DNA of 64,000 nt from Octopus sinensis (GCF_006345805.1 NC_042998.1:179614001-179678000), one strand, 5' to 3'. Shown: positions 13,000 to 26,811, counted from the first letter of the stretch. Notes: generated by a model not told the origin, from the letters alone. A program made the numbers and translations.

Positions 13000-13790
13000 G
13001 TGAAGTCACGAAGCCTCGTGGAAAAGGTGATCGATTTCCACACCGACTGTTTTGTTGTGTTCTTGAGCAAGGTACCTCATTTCACGTTGCACCAGTTAAT
13101 TCGCGAAGCTTAGTATTGGTACTGTTCTTTCTTTCTTTCTTTCTTTCTTTTTTCTTTCCTTCTTTCTCTCTTTCCTTCCTTTCCCTTCTTTCTTTCTTTC
13201 TTTCTTTCTTCCCTTCCTTCTTTCTCTCTTTCCTTCCTTCCTTCCCTTCCTTTCCCTTCTTTCTTTCTTTCTTTCTTTCCTTCCTTCTTTCTTTCCTTCC
13301 TTCTTTCTTCCTTCTCTCCTTCCTTCCCATCTTTCTTTCTTTCTTTCTTTCTTCCTTCCTTCTCCCCCCCACTCTCAGAGTGTCTATATCTGCTTGCGAA
13401 TACATAGGCAAATCACAATCAGCGAAAGCACACTACATATTACCAGGTCGTACTCACTTGTGAGTGCTGGCTATGGCTATAAATATAATATGTGTAATCT
13501 ATTCGTATAAATGCCCGTAAATTTGCAAGTTAAGCTAACTGAGCGCCGACTAGCAGTCGGTGTGGAAATCGGTCGCCCATACCCACTAGGCCTCGTGACT
13601 TCACATCACATCATGTCATCGGCCATAGATTGACGTTGTGTGGATAGCACCTGTTATTCAAAGGACAATCCGGACACACGCTGTATCACGCAGAATCTAC
13701 TAGACTACAATCGTGAATATACGTGTCTATTGAGCAGTTTTCGTATTCGTTGATCGAATAACTCGAATACGCACCGCCGAAAGCCACTTA
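13000..13790 (+). mobile_element. Old family D SINE interrupted by a polypyrimidine expansion
   Basis: GTGTTCTTGAGCAAGGTACCTCATTTCACGTTGC at ~13058; decayed type-1 tail at ~13685-13785; (TTTC/TTCC)n at 13125-13370 between them. Confidence 0.55.
13125..13370. repeat. Pure polypyrimidine (TTTC/TTCC)n tract
   Basis: ~245 bp containing only C and T. Confidence 0.97.
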
Positions 13791-14367
13791 TAATCATAAG
13801 CAACTAGAAGGTGGTCTCCCAAAAAAAGTAAAAAAAAATCGCATAAATATTCTTGCGTAGACAAGATTTCCGTAACAAAAATCACAATACATAATAATAA
13901 TTCGTGGTTAGTTAATTCTGATATTTATACAGGCTGACACGCTCTTAGATACTCAGGGGAACAAAACCCTCGCATACTCGTTAGCTTACATTCAGACATA
14001 CATATACAAGAAAAAAGACATAGTATTAGAGTTACTCTGACACATACTAAGAGAACCTTTCACAAGCATTTACGCACGTATTCACTCACTAACGCATATA
14101 TTACCATATGTATATATATTACATATATCTATAAATATATATGTAAAAAAAAATATTTACACGTTTACACAAACATATATATATTTTTCCGACATAAACC
14201 CATATTCATTTACTCGAATAAACATAAATTTACGATCTACATACATCACTAGCATACATATTAACACATAATCAATAAGATCCAAGCTCACACACGCGCA
14301 AACATACACTGATATAAGCAGACGTATTAGTACTTTCTCACAGGTACCCATATGAGCAAATACAGGC

Positions 14368-14400
<33 letters not shown>

Positions 14401-14683
14401 CAATAGCGGTCCACTTACAAATAGCGCCATTAAATGAAACTAATACGCCATATTTGACAGTCGTAACAAGAATATATCACAAATTAAAGCGGGAAATTTC
14501 AAGTAATAAATCTTGATAATTTGTTTTATTTTTCTTTCTCTTTAAATGTATAATATATTCTATCACACACAGACACGCACGTACACACACACACACGTCT
14601 GTATGTATATGATATATGAAATTTATCTTATATCTTGTCTGTTAGCTAGGTGATTTTGTACATATATACATGCACACACACAC

Positions 14684-14718
<35 letters not shown>

Positions 14719-15328
14719 GAGAGACGTTTAGACAAAAATACAGCATCTTTATATGTGTATACACACATACATGTATAAATACATACATATAAATATATAT
14801 GTGTATGTGTGTGTGTGTGTGCATGTTCCATGATATATCACATGTGATTTATCGTTTATCTTGTCTGTTAGTATGATATACAAATATCTATCTATCTATC
14901 TATCTATCTATGCACACACACTCATGTATACATATACACAATTATGGTCTTATGATAGATTTTCTTTTAGCATTTAGTAATATTTATCGATATACTATCT
15001 TATATTACCTTCCATCTCATACTCTTTCTCTCATTACACACACACACACACACATACACACACACACATACACACATTCACACATACGTTGTATCAGCTC
15101 CATGTTTGTCCAATTTGTATTGTATTCTCGCGTAAGACTTTGTAACATTCATTCAATTTCCTTTTTAAAGAATCCAATATTTACTTATCTCCAAAAGGTC
15201 TTTACGATCTGAGTTCAAATTCCGCCGAAGACAACTTTGTCTTTCATCAGTCTGGATAGTCTTTAGTATAAAGTACGACTCGAATAATGGAGGTGATATA
15301 ATCACTGCTATTATCGTTGTCGCATTAA

Positions 15329-15464
15329 ACCTTTGAGCCCTGACCTCCTGAATCTTATTTTACCATATACCCGGCACTCCACCGGTGCTGCAGTATAAAG
15401 CGGTGTCACGGTATAGAGAAAAACAAACCATCCACCGGTAAACCAGTTTTACGGGTTCAAAGGG
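15329..15464. mobile_element. piggyBac-like MITE
   Basis: TTAA|ACCTTTGAGCCC ... GGGTTCAAAGGG|TTAA: ~12-bp imperfect TIRs with TTAA on both sides. Confidence 0.7.
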
Positions 15465-16099
15465 TTAATAATATTGTTTTTATGGACCTGTACATGTTAT
15501 TGTTGCCGCCCTTGTCTGTGTCGTTGTTGGTAGTGTTGCTGTTAAACACATTTGTGTGCAGACATATGATCAAAGATATTCCAGTATCCCATCTTTAACC
15601 ATTGTACTTTTTCTTTTTGGAGACGAGTCCTCCGTTCAACCTACGGCAGCATGGAAGGCGGACGTTAAATGATGATGTCGATAATGGTGATGGTGATGAG
15701 AGATATGTTTTTCCTATGCACTCCTTCATTCCTATTTTACTCAGGTTGACCCTCAAAGCTTAAAAAATCCTATTATATTTATATAATTAAATATTAGGAA
15801 ATGTATTTAAAAAATTGAGATATTTTGTGTTGTAGAAGAATAATCATAAATTTTAACAAAATTTTAAGTGGGCCCCAGTTGAGAACCACTAATCTAAAGC
15901 ATCGTTCTTTCATGGAAGTGGGAGTATGATTTGAGTAAGATCTAGCTGCTATATCTAGCAGTTCGGTGGCTACATTGCAACCCCAACGTTATTTCAGAAG
16001 ATTATATTGTTGTCATTGTAAGTTACTGCTGAGTCAAAAGAATATCGGGCGTATCTTTTTTGTTTTATTGAATTTTTTTATGTTGAGCAATAGACATGA

Positions 16100-16414
16100 G
16101 TTGTTGTTGTTTGTTCCTTCTCGAGCCATGCCTGGCTCATAAGGGCCGGTTTCCCGGTTTCTTGGCGTATAGGTTCCCCACCTGGACGGGACGCCGGTCC
16201 GTCGCAGGTGAGCTGCAAGATGCAGGAGGAAAGAGTGAGAGAAAGTTGTGGGGAAAGAGTTAGCAGAAGTTTCGCCATTACCTTCTGCCGGAGTCGCGTG
16301 GAGCTTAGGTGTTTCGCTCATAAACACACACACACACCACCCGGTCTGAGATTCGAACCCGCGCTCCCTCGACCGCGAGTCCGCAGCTCTAACCACTAGG
16401 CCATGTGCCTCCAC
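16100..16414 (-). mobile_element. Family B SINE (tail type 2, (AAC)n end) with ~13-bp TSD
   Basis: Same head and body as 23476; tail CCTGCGACGGACCGGCGTCCCGTCCAGG...; flanks CAATAGACATGAG / CAATAGACATAAG. Confidence 0.9.
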
Positions 16415-16504
16415 AATAGACATAAGAGAAAAGAGTGAGAACTACGTTATTGATAAACTTAAGCACATTACATTTCTTTATCACCTTTCCAGTTAAGAAC
16501 TACA

Positions 16505-16835
16505 CAAACTGTCACTCTGTCGGTTATGACGACGTGGGTTCCAGTTGATCCGATCAACGGAACAGCCTGCTAGTGAAATTAAAGTCCGCGTGTCTAAGCA
16601 CGCCACAAACAAACATAATCTTAACATAGTTCTCAAGGAAATTCAGCGTGACACAGAATGTGACAAGGATGGCTCTTTGAAATACAAGTACTACACAGTT
16701 TTTACCAGCTGAGTAGACCGGAGCAACGTGAAATAAAGTGTCTTGCTCAAGGACACAACGCGCCGCCGGGAATCGAACTCACAACATTTACGATCGTGAG
16801 CCTAATAGTCTAACCACTAAACCACGCGCCTTCAC
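16505..16835 (-). mobile_element. tRNA-derived SINE, family D, sharing tail type 1 with family B
   Basis: Head GTGAAGGCGCGTGGTTTAGTGGTTAG...GAGTTCGATTCCC, then GTGTCCTTGAGCAAGACACTTTATTTCAC; tail homologous to 23685-23855. Confidence 0.85.
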
Positions 16836-19800
16836 ACTACATCAACGCCGAGACTACCCTTACCATTACCAAAGTAACAACAGTAACATTATCTCTACCA
16901 GCATCACACCAACTTCTGCTCCTTCAAATTTTGCCAAACTCTTTCCGCATCCCGTCCAAAGACTATATGGTATTCTCTGTTCTCTTCAGCTAAATATCTC
17001 TCTTATTTTTGTTTGTTTCTATACAATGGTTAACCGACGTAATGGAAGAGAGGAGAAAAAGAATATTTGAAAATAAAAGAATGAAAAACTTTCTCGCTCT
17101 CAAAAAAAAAAAAAAACAATAATAGTTTAAACAAAATAAAATATGATAAAGTTTTAGAGTACGTTGTTATAAATGAAGATGATTTTAGAAAAAAAAATGA
17201 AGGATAATGAAATAGATTTAATGAAGGCAAAAGAAAAAGAGAAGAAAAAATATGAAAATCTTAGACGAGGGGAGAGAAACTATGTGTTAACGGTGTAAAA
17301 TAGTTTAGTATCAAAATTGAAACACGCGTCAAGAAAATTAGAGAACATCTGCAGAAAAAAAGGCAATGTGAGAAATTGAAGCGAAAAATATCAGAAGAAA
17401 GTAAAAACATAAGAGCAGCAACAGCAACAACAACAAAAACAACAACAATAATAATAATAAAGCAATCATAAAAATGACAATGATAACGCCAGGAACAAGA
17501 GCAACATCATCAAAATCCACAATGTATTAGAGTCAGTACGCACTCAGGCATAAGAAAAAAAGGCGAAAAACAATATAAAACAAGTTATAAGGAAAAAAAA
17601 AAGAAACAAGAGAGAAAGTGAGCGAGAGAAAAAAAGAAAGGTTGAAAGACAGGAAGACAAAAAAAAAAAAACAGAATGAAGAATAAATTTCTTCAATTCT
17701 GAGGAAATTTATCAATCCACCCCTTTTCTTTTTCTTTTCTTATTTACCCTCACCAAATTCATTTTAACTTTCTCGAAGGACATTCAGAAGCGCTGTTGTA
17801 TGATTACCTTTCGCGAAATCACTAGCAAATTGGTTTAATATTACAGAGAAATGTTTGAAAGGAAACAAAAGAAAGAAAAAAAAAATGAATTGAATTAAAT
17901 AAATAAAAAAAAAAAAGATAGAACATCCCAACAATAAATAAATAAAAGAAAACTTTGCTTGGCAGATAGAAATCGAATCTAATTCTTTCTTTAGATTGCT
18001 TAATTTATTGCGTTTCTGTTCTTTGCGGAAAAGGAGAAAAAAAATACCCTATATTCTTTATTATTATAATTTTTTTTTTCTCGTACTGGGTATTGACTGT
18101 ATTTGCAATTTATTTCGTTTATTTTGTGGTCAAAAAGACTCAGCTTTGTTGGCAAAGTGAAAATAAATAAATAAATAAATAGATAAAATAACTCTGTTTT
18201 ATGAGTAAGCGATGTCACAATTGTAGAATTTGTAACAAAACAATACAGTTGTATAAGATCAGTAAACGATATCAAAATTATCGCAATCGCTATAGTAAAA
18301 TATTTTTCGTAAAAATGCTGGGAAACTAAATATCAAGGCTTGTGCCTAAGTAACAAATCAATAGTTTTAGTGATGCAATGAGAATAAACCACATCAGATT
18401 TTTCGCCTCTTGAGTCCAGGAATTCAAACCTTGTTACATGCGATTTTCAAAGTCCCTGGAGCAATGTAATAATTCAATGTCTTTAGGGAAGTAGATAGAA
18501 TCAAAGAGACAGCTCATGTGTTAAGCATTTGTAATCTGTCGTGTCTGGGTATCTAATCCATTTGGTTATTACCCTTGATACTAAATATAAAATACAAGAT
18601 CTGGAAGGGACATTTTTTTCATAGATAACCATGTTGCTCTTTAACAAATTTCATGTTAATTCTTTCTAAAATGTTGATACCCTTTATGTTTTTGGACGCG
18701 CATATATTCTCCCCGACCTCTCTCTCTGCCTTTCAAATATATATATATAAAATAGTAGCATAGGTTTGTGTTTGGAATCCAAATATTTTCGCAGTTTGGT
18801 TTACCATTATCTTGCTGGCGAGTGGCAATTTCAATGTGTAGAGCAGGAGATGAGTTCCCAGTATAGTGAGACATTGAACCGGTTTCGATTCTTGGTCAAA
18901 GCGACTATTTTTGATTCATTCCACTAATGTTCTAGTAAACGGAAGAGTCATGAATATCTCAACATCCCATTCCACAACCGTTAAAAATACAAAACCTTTG
19001 TGCCTTGTCAAAAATTAATTATTTTCCATGAATTTTCTGATTATTTCGTAAATAACAAAATTGAAATTTGTGAAATAAAAAAAAATAATAATTGGATGAG
19101 CAAATGAAAATAAAAAAGTTACTAAATAAATCAGCAAAATATATATAAAAAAATGTTGATGCTAACGGCGGGAATTACAAAAATAATTAGAAAAATAATT
19201 CCAAATGTTTTTGTTGAAGTGATACAAAAATGTTTTAAAGTTGTATTAAGGAAAAGCAAAATTAAACAAAACAAGAAAACATAAAATGAAAATGGATTTT
19301 GTTTTTAGCCTTATGTCCTCGATATCCGTCCCCCGTGATGCGCCTTTCCAGAAAGTAACAACGTTGTTTGATTCTAATTATAAATCTACTAATTCAACTG
19401 AAAAATTTCTTAAATGTGCTTAAAATTGCTGCCCAGAGGGGAAAGGCCGCAAAAAAATATAACACAACAACAATTATGTAAATACCAACAATAATAATCG
19501 TGTCCAACATAGGGGGCAATGATTTTCCTTCATAACTACTATCATTCAAATCTACATGAAGGTTTTAAAATTCAATAGAAATCTTTTACAGCTTGGAGCC
19601 ATATAGCTTTTTATATCTTCTCAGGGTTTGTTGGGATTAGACAATGCCAAAATGAGTATTTACGAAGTTAATTTTGAAAAAAAAAAAAAAAATGGTCGAG
19701 GGAGTCAAAAGCTATTTTGTAAATGTTAATTCAAATACTAACATTTAATGAAATATTTGTTTTTGTACTCATTCGTTGAAAAAATAAACAGAAAACAAAA

Positions 19801-20149
19801 TTTCGTTATAGTAAAGACCTCCTTTTCAAGTTTTCATTATTTGTCAATTAAATAGTTAATAGCTTAGCGTAAAAAAATTCTTCTTAGGTATCATCTTTTG
19901 AGCTATTTTCTCAGACTGAAATTAATAAACAACTCTGACGAAAACCATTGGAGTTAAATAATAATTGGTTGGTCTTTCGCTTTTATAACGGCTAATAGCT
20001 TTACGATTAGAAGAAAACATCACCTCCAGTAAATTATCTCAAATAGCAGTTAAACACGGCTTTTAAAAAGGAATTTAAAATACAATGCGGGTATTAAACA
20101 TCCGCTGCATTGCTTCCTTTAGGAAAATTTCATGTGATTCTTAGTGGTA

Positions 20150-20690
20150 AGATAGCCAAAGTTAGTCCTTTCGCTAATCACGAAGGTTCTAAAATCTGTT
20201 GTTTATGTCTGATGTTTGTAGCATTAAGCAGACGAGTAACAAAATACTCATTGAAGAGAGAAAGTGGGAAAGAGAATATCTTGGGATAAAATATTTGATT
20301 CCAATTATGAAGCTAAGTAAACTGAGGCAATATGACCTTAAATGTTCAACACCACAGACGTGTGGGATCCCAATCATAGTCTGTGAGGTCTCTTCTAATG
20401 TTGACTTTTCGGCTATACTTTCATCCCCAGCTATTTAGCTAAGAGGCATTTGGTTGAGTGTGTTATGTAGAGTGCGTGAGGATGTTATGCACTGGATAAT
20501 GATTCCCTGACAAAGCCCTTTGATGAAGTCATGAATTCTCGGTGAGTTTGTCTTTGAAAATTTGTTACGGTGATCCGATGAAGTCAAGGGCCGTTAAATA
20601 TCTCAAGTAGTCCTCTCCGATGGTGTAGTTGAGCTTTTTGAGGTATGCTATTCTAAAAATATGCTATCCTACTTCCCAAAGTATCTTCAT
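20150..20690 (-). pseudogene. Possible very old Penelope RT remnant
   Basis: Minus-strand QTMIGIP (cf. Q.IGIPMG) followed ~210 nt later by SERTNFGY (cf. DKRDDF); heavily decayed. Confidence 0.3.
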
Positions 20691-20744
20691 AAAAATCATG
20701 CAATTAATGAGTGAGTGACAAAGAATATATACATACATGTGTAA

Positions 20745-20974
20745 GGCGGCGAGCTGGCAGAGACGTTAGCACGCCGGACGAAGTGCTTCGCGGCATTTCG
20801 CCCGTCGTTACGTTCTGAGTTCAAATTCCACCGAGGTCGACTTTGCCTTTCATCCTTTCGGGTTCGATAAATTAAGTACCAGTTACGCACTGGGGTCGAT
20901 GTAATCGACTAAATCCGTTTGTCTGTCCTTGTTTGTCCCCTCTATGTTTAACCCCTTGTGGGTAATAAAGAAAC
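20745..20974 (+). mobile_element. Full-length SINE, family C, with Tx1-LINE-like 3' tail
   Basis: GGCGGCGAGCTGGCAGA...GAGTTCAAATTCC (A/B boxes), central GGTCGACTTTGCCTTTCATCCTTTCGGG domain, ends AATAAAGAAAC. Confidence 0.9.
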
Positions 20975-21035
<61 letters not shown>

Positions 21036-21505
21036 CGTGTTCATTACTTCAACAGCATATGCACTAAGTATACTGACAGAAGGCATGAGACAACTTACAC
21101 CTCATTTAAAAGTCATATTTCTAGTCATTCCTTATCCTTGCTATTGCTGAGTTAAGTCCTAAATTAGAAAGGCCAGGGTGTTATTTGTATGTTACCATGA
21201 CAGTAATTGTTATGCCATAACTCAAATCTCTTGAAAGTGTAAGCAATTTGCAAAAGCTACATTAATTCATAGAATAGGAAAACATTAATAATAAATCTAT
21301 GACAATGAGTTCAACTTGACGTCTATTTCACTATAAAGATTAAATTCGAACCATTGAAAGAGAAGCTCTGCAATAATATAAGCAATATAAAATAATCGAT
21401 TTATATACACATATATGGTACGGTCCATATAGACAAGTGTGTACATACTCATAACCTTGTATATCTTCACACATCATTTGTGTGTATTCTGATGTATAGG
21501 TATAC

Positions 21506-21544
<39 letters not shown>

Positions 21545-23475
21545 AAATTCGTGTGTATATGCACGTACACACAAAGCTTCGCGTACATATATCTCCGGAA
21601 TTATGCTTAGCTTATACTTTCGTCTACACATACTCACACACACACACACATGTATGTATAAGCTTGACTTGTACACTTGCGTATCCATAAATGTTTCTGT
21701 ATGTGACAAACAATAGTTAAATTCTAACACTGATTATATCGATCTTTTTAAATGTGTTATATGTGAAAAACGAGACAGCCAAGCCAAAAATCTCATCTCA
21801 AGCAAAACTCTAATTTCCTATAAATAAATAATTAAAGGCTAAAAGAAGGAAACATTAGGAAAAAATGAAAATAAAAAACAGAAATGTTTTATGTAGCTTG
21901 TTAGCTTGTGAACTTTTTGTGTGTGACATACGGTTTCAAGAGTTAAGAGATCGTGTAGACACTGAACTGTTTCATTTAAACAGGAACGTGTTATGCAGTT
22001 AAATATGTGACATTGTCCGCCTTGGTCACAGTAATGAAACTAAAACGTGTAATGCATCTAAGATATATGATTCTTCTCTTCTGGTCATATTCATATTACT
22101 TATATTATGATAAAATAATTGTTTGAGCTGAAAAGCCTAAGCTAAGAAATTGTGTTATTTTCATGTTTATCTTTATTACGGTGTTATGTAGCATCTCTGT
22201 CAGTATTACAGATTAGTTATTTTTCTGTGTATTTTTGTTGCAGTTCTTCAGTTTTGCTGTGAGATTCCATTTGCTTCAATATACGATGTAGTCCATATAG
22301 CTTTATACGAATCCATGTTTAGAAAATGAATGCGATGAAAAATACTATATAAAGATCCGTATAGGATTGAGCTATATTGATTTATTCCATACAAAGCAGA
22401 ACTGTGTAACATAAAATTATAGACTGGTGAATTGTAATTATTTGAGTCGAAGCGGCTTAAGCTGCAATAGATGCAATTCAACAGATGTGATCCGTGTGTA
22501 GTCAACTAATGAAGAATGATATCGTATTAAAAATTTTGAATCTATGGCGTCATGCCAAATTTTTAGATTTCCTAATAGAATGAATGAATGGATGGAACGC
22601 CAGACTAGACATTTTAATGCATCTACTGTTTTGCGTTTGTAGGTTCAGAAGGACAGCGTATTATGTTGGCACGCCTTTTGTTCTTTAACTGATTTCAAAT
22701 ATAAGGCAATGACCATGCTGAATCATCACTATCAAAGCTGATAACTACAGCCTCCAGCCTTTAGCCTCCAGCCTTTAGCCTTCAGCCTTCAGCCTTCAAC
22801 TTCTGCTTCGAATTTCGTGAATGAAGCAATCGAGTGGTGTGTTACCCATATCTGTGACTCCTACAACTGTGTTGGTTTATCTGGAATACCAAACAGGAGA
22901 ATGTTCAAACGTTTTCGCTTGAGTCTGTTGATGTGTAATCCACGTAGATCTTATGCTTTTGTCAAAACAAGAAGATATTGAAGATTTTGTCCTTTCGGCC
23001 TCAAGCTCTCTCTCTGGGAGCTAATCTAAGAAAGAGAGGACGTACAATACAGTGAGGCTTAGTTCGATGATTTGAACGGCTTTTGATGCTAATAATTCAT
23101 AGAAATAAATTATCATGAATGTAGAATTCATTTTACTCTAATTTAGTTTCCTTCTGCCAAATTTTACGGATTAATATATACCAACGCTGACAACTCCTTT
23201 CTCTGAATTCCAGATCTTACCTTATTTCAGCGCTAAAGTTTGGTAGCTTCCAAGACGTACGAGAGTGTAAGTTAATGTGTTAGATACAGTATATTACAGT
23301 AAAAGAAAAATCTCCAAAGAAATCAGTTGAATACATTTCGCTGAGGTATGAAGAAAGAGAACAATCAGGGGGTTTATTTATTTACCACAATAATCCTCAA
23401 TGAATTAAGTTACAGCACTTCTAAAGTAGTTTAAGATTTATTAAGTATTCGAACGGAGGAGGTCTATATTCTTAG

Positions 23476-23859
23476 GTGGAGGCGCAATGGCCCAGTGGTT
23501 AGGGCAGCGGACTCGCGGTCATAGGATCGCGGTTTCGATTCCCAGACCGGGCGTTGTGAGTGTTTATTGAGCGAAAACACCTAAAGCTCCACGAGGCTCC
23601 GGCAGGGGATTGTGGTGATCCCTGCTGTACTCTTTCACCACAACTTTCTCTCACTCTTACTTCCTGTTTCTGTTGTACCTGTATTTGAAAGGGCCGGCCT
23701 TGTCACTCTCTGTGTCACGCTGAATATCCCCGAGAACTACGTTAAGGGTACACGTGTCTGTGGAGTGCTCAGCCACTTACACGTTAATTTCACGAGCAGG
23801 CTGTTCCGTTGATTCGGATCAACCGGAACCCTCGTCGTCGTAACCGACGGAGTGCTTCC
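23476..23859 (+). mobile_element. Full-length tRNA-derived SINE, family B (tail type 1), with 10-bp TSD
   Basis: Head GGAGGCGCAATGGCCCAGTGGTTAGGGCAGCGGACTCGCG...GGTTTCGATTCCC; flanked by ATATTCTTAG at 23466-23475 and 23860-23869. Confidence 0.93.
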
Positions 23860-26335
23860 ATATTCTTAGACTTTCAGATTAAAATAGAGAGTTAGTTGAA
23901 GTACAAGTTGAACCAGGGTACCCCCTCCTCATGTTCAGCATTATTGGCGTACACCGTGCGAAAAGTATAGAATAAAATGGTTGTGTACCATAGAGTAGAC
24001 AAAAGACAAGTGTTATTTGTTATTGATTTATCTTAAAGTGTTCAAATCCTGCTGTGATCAAATTGCCTTTTATCCTTCTAGAAGGGTCGATAAAATGAAA
24101 TAACAGACAAGTACTAGGGTTAATATAATGGACATTTTACTCCCACCCTCTTGCAAAAAAGTTTGTTTTGTGCGTATGTAAAATTGTAATTTAATTCAAC
24201 GTTACATTTTTAATGAGATCGATTAACTAGCACTTTACTAACAAAAAATTCAACTCTAGGCAGTTTCAGATAAGCACATCCGCATATCATTCCCAACGGA
24301 TCGTCATGTAGGATAGTCTTTGGTTATAAACGTTGCTGGAAACCTAACGATTATTGAATGGGGACAGCAAAAGGTTCTCTGCATATGTTATAGACATGAG
24401 TTGCGTTTAGTTGGCTGTGATTCCTTAAAAAATCCCAGTGTTTTTGCAAACCTCTTCTACAACCGTATTTTCTCTTCCGTATGCCTTAGGTGTACATATA
24501 GTTCAGATGGTCACCTGACTTGCTCGACATATCACACGAAAAGTATCCTACTATTCTCAAACACAACATTAGATAAAATCCTTAAGATCAAAGCTGACCT
24601 GGAAACAATCAACACAAACAATAACAACTGTTCACATTACTTTCCCAAAATGCTACAGAAAACTATAGGGTCTTCTTACAATTAAACTTCTGTCATGCCT
24701 CAGCCTGGGTTATTTTGCCCAAATCACAAAACGAACAGCATTAAGTTTGTTAACCATACGTGAATACAATAAGCAATATATTGCTAAGAACATGAAACAT
24801 GACCATGTTTGATTACTATTAACTATTATTTAACAGAAACGTTTATTTCTTATATTTTATTTCATTTATACGTGTATGTGTGCAGGTGTGTATGGTGTGT
24901 GTGTGTGTGTTTGTGTGAATGAGTTCTTTATTTTAAAACTCAATTTCGATTTGCGTGTATTTTCATTAACTTAACTTTAAAACATGATTCCACTGTATGA
25001 AGCACTCACGAACATACGCTTACTCATACCCATAAACATCTATATATACACATAATCACACACACACACACACACACACACACGCAAACACACACAAATG
25101 CGTGTGAGTATCACCGCACGCATATATTACCTATACTCATTTACATATATATATATATTATATATATTATATATATATATATATATATGTATATTGTATA
25201 TATATATGTGTGTGTGTAGATATATATGCATATGTGTATTTAAGAATGGATAAGTGTGTATATATATGTGTGTGTGTGTGTAGATATATATATATATATT
25301 ATATATATATATATATATATATGTATATTGTATATATATATATATATATATGTATATAGTATATATAATATAAACACATAATATACAAAAATAGACACAT
25401 ACACACACCACACATATACAGACACTCGTGCTAACACACACACATAAATACATACGCGCACGCACAAACACATGCGCGCACACATGTTGGATCCTTCAGA
25501 CTCACATACATAAAATGTACATACATACACACACATACATACATACATACATACATAAATACATACATATATACATACACACATACATACACACATGCAT
25601 ACGTACATACATACATACGTACATATATACATACATACATACATACATACATACATACATGCATACATACATACATACATATATACATACATACATACAT
25701 ACATACATACATACATACACGCATGCATAAAACACTAACGTTATCTTGCTGTTTTAAGTAAAATAGCTCAATATTGCTACCAGTGGGGTTCCAGAAAAAT
25801 TAATCTAACCATGATAACAATACCTTTATATTGACATCTGTGACGTACTTTTTCATTCACGACAGGGTTCCACCCAACGCCATGTTCTTATCCGTCGTCT
25901 TACTCTCATTAAAACAATCTTCAGAACGGTGTATATATATATATATTTTTGGTTTTTTTCTCTTTCCATCTATTCGCTCCTCCTTTCTAATTATATCTAC
26001 TTCTTTTCCGTAATTCCTTTTCTCGACATGACATATATTTTCTCTTTCTTCTCTTGTCTTCTTGCGACGGCGTGACAAATAGAATAGCATAACACCATGG
26101 TTGCTCCACAGATTCTTGCCAAAATCACGACGACGTTTTTCCCCTTCGATGTCACAGTCGAAATCCATTTTAAATTGTGTGTGCCTCTGCCTACATTCAC
26201 ACATACATACATACATGCCTATGTATATACACAAATATATAAATATATATATCTAATATATATAATTACATACATACATATATGCACACGTATATAAACT
26301 TATACATAGATACGCATGTATATACATATACCTAT

Positions 26336-26415
26336 ATATCTATCTATCTATCTATCTATCTACCTACCTACCTACCAACCTATCTACTTACCTACCTACC
26401 TATCTACTTACCTAC

Positions 26416-26499
<84 letters not shown>

Positions 26500-26685
26500 A
26501 TCTCTCTCTCTATATAATATATATTTATAAATATATATGACATATGAATATATGCATATGTGTATTTAAGAATGGATAAGTGTATATATATATGTGTGTG
26601 TGTAGATATATATGCATATGTGTATTTAAGAATGGATAAGTGTGTATATATATGTGTGTGTGTGTGTAGATATATATATAGATAT

Positions 26686-26717
<32 letters not shown>

Positions 26718-26718
26718 G

Positions 26719-26811
<93 letters not shown>
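26336..26811. repeat. (CTAT)n and (ATAG)n arrays in opposite orientation
   Basis: (CTAT/CTAC)n at 26336-26500; (ATAG)n at 26677-26811. Confidence 0.95.

Noticed and set aside
13082-13463. Lys/Glu/Arg-rich and Phe/Leu/Ser-rich ORFs
   Set aside because: Translations of the (TTTC)n tract.
22220-22300. Plus-strand acceptor TTTTTGTTGCAG at 22243
   Set aside because: No convincing downstream ORF or donor; such tracts are common in AT-rich DNA.
23476-23550. tRNA gene
   Set aside because: The tRNA-like head continues into a SINE body with a TSD; no proper acceptor stem or terminator. The same applies to the other SINE heads.
24320-24685. 121-aa ORF as a host exon
   Set aside because: No recognisable domain or splice sites; at most a faint resemblance to decayed Penelope ORF sequence.
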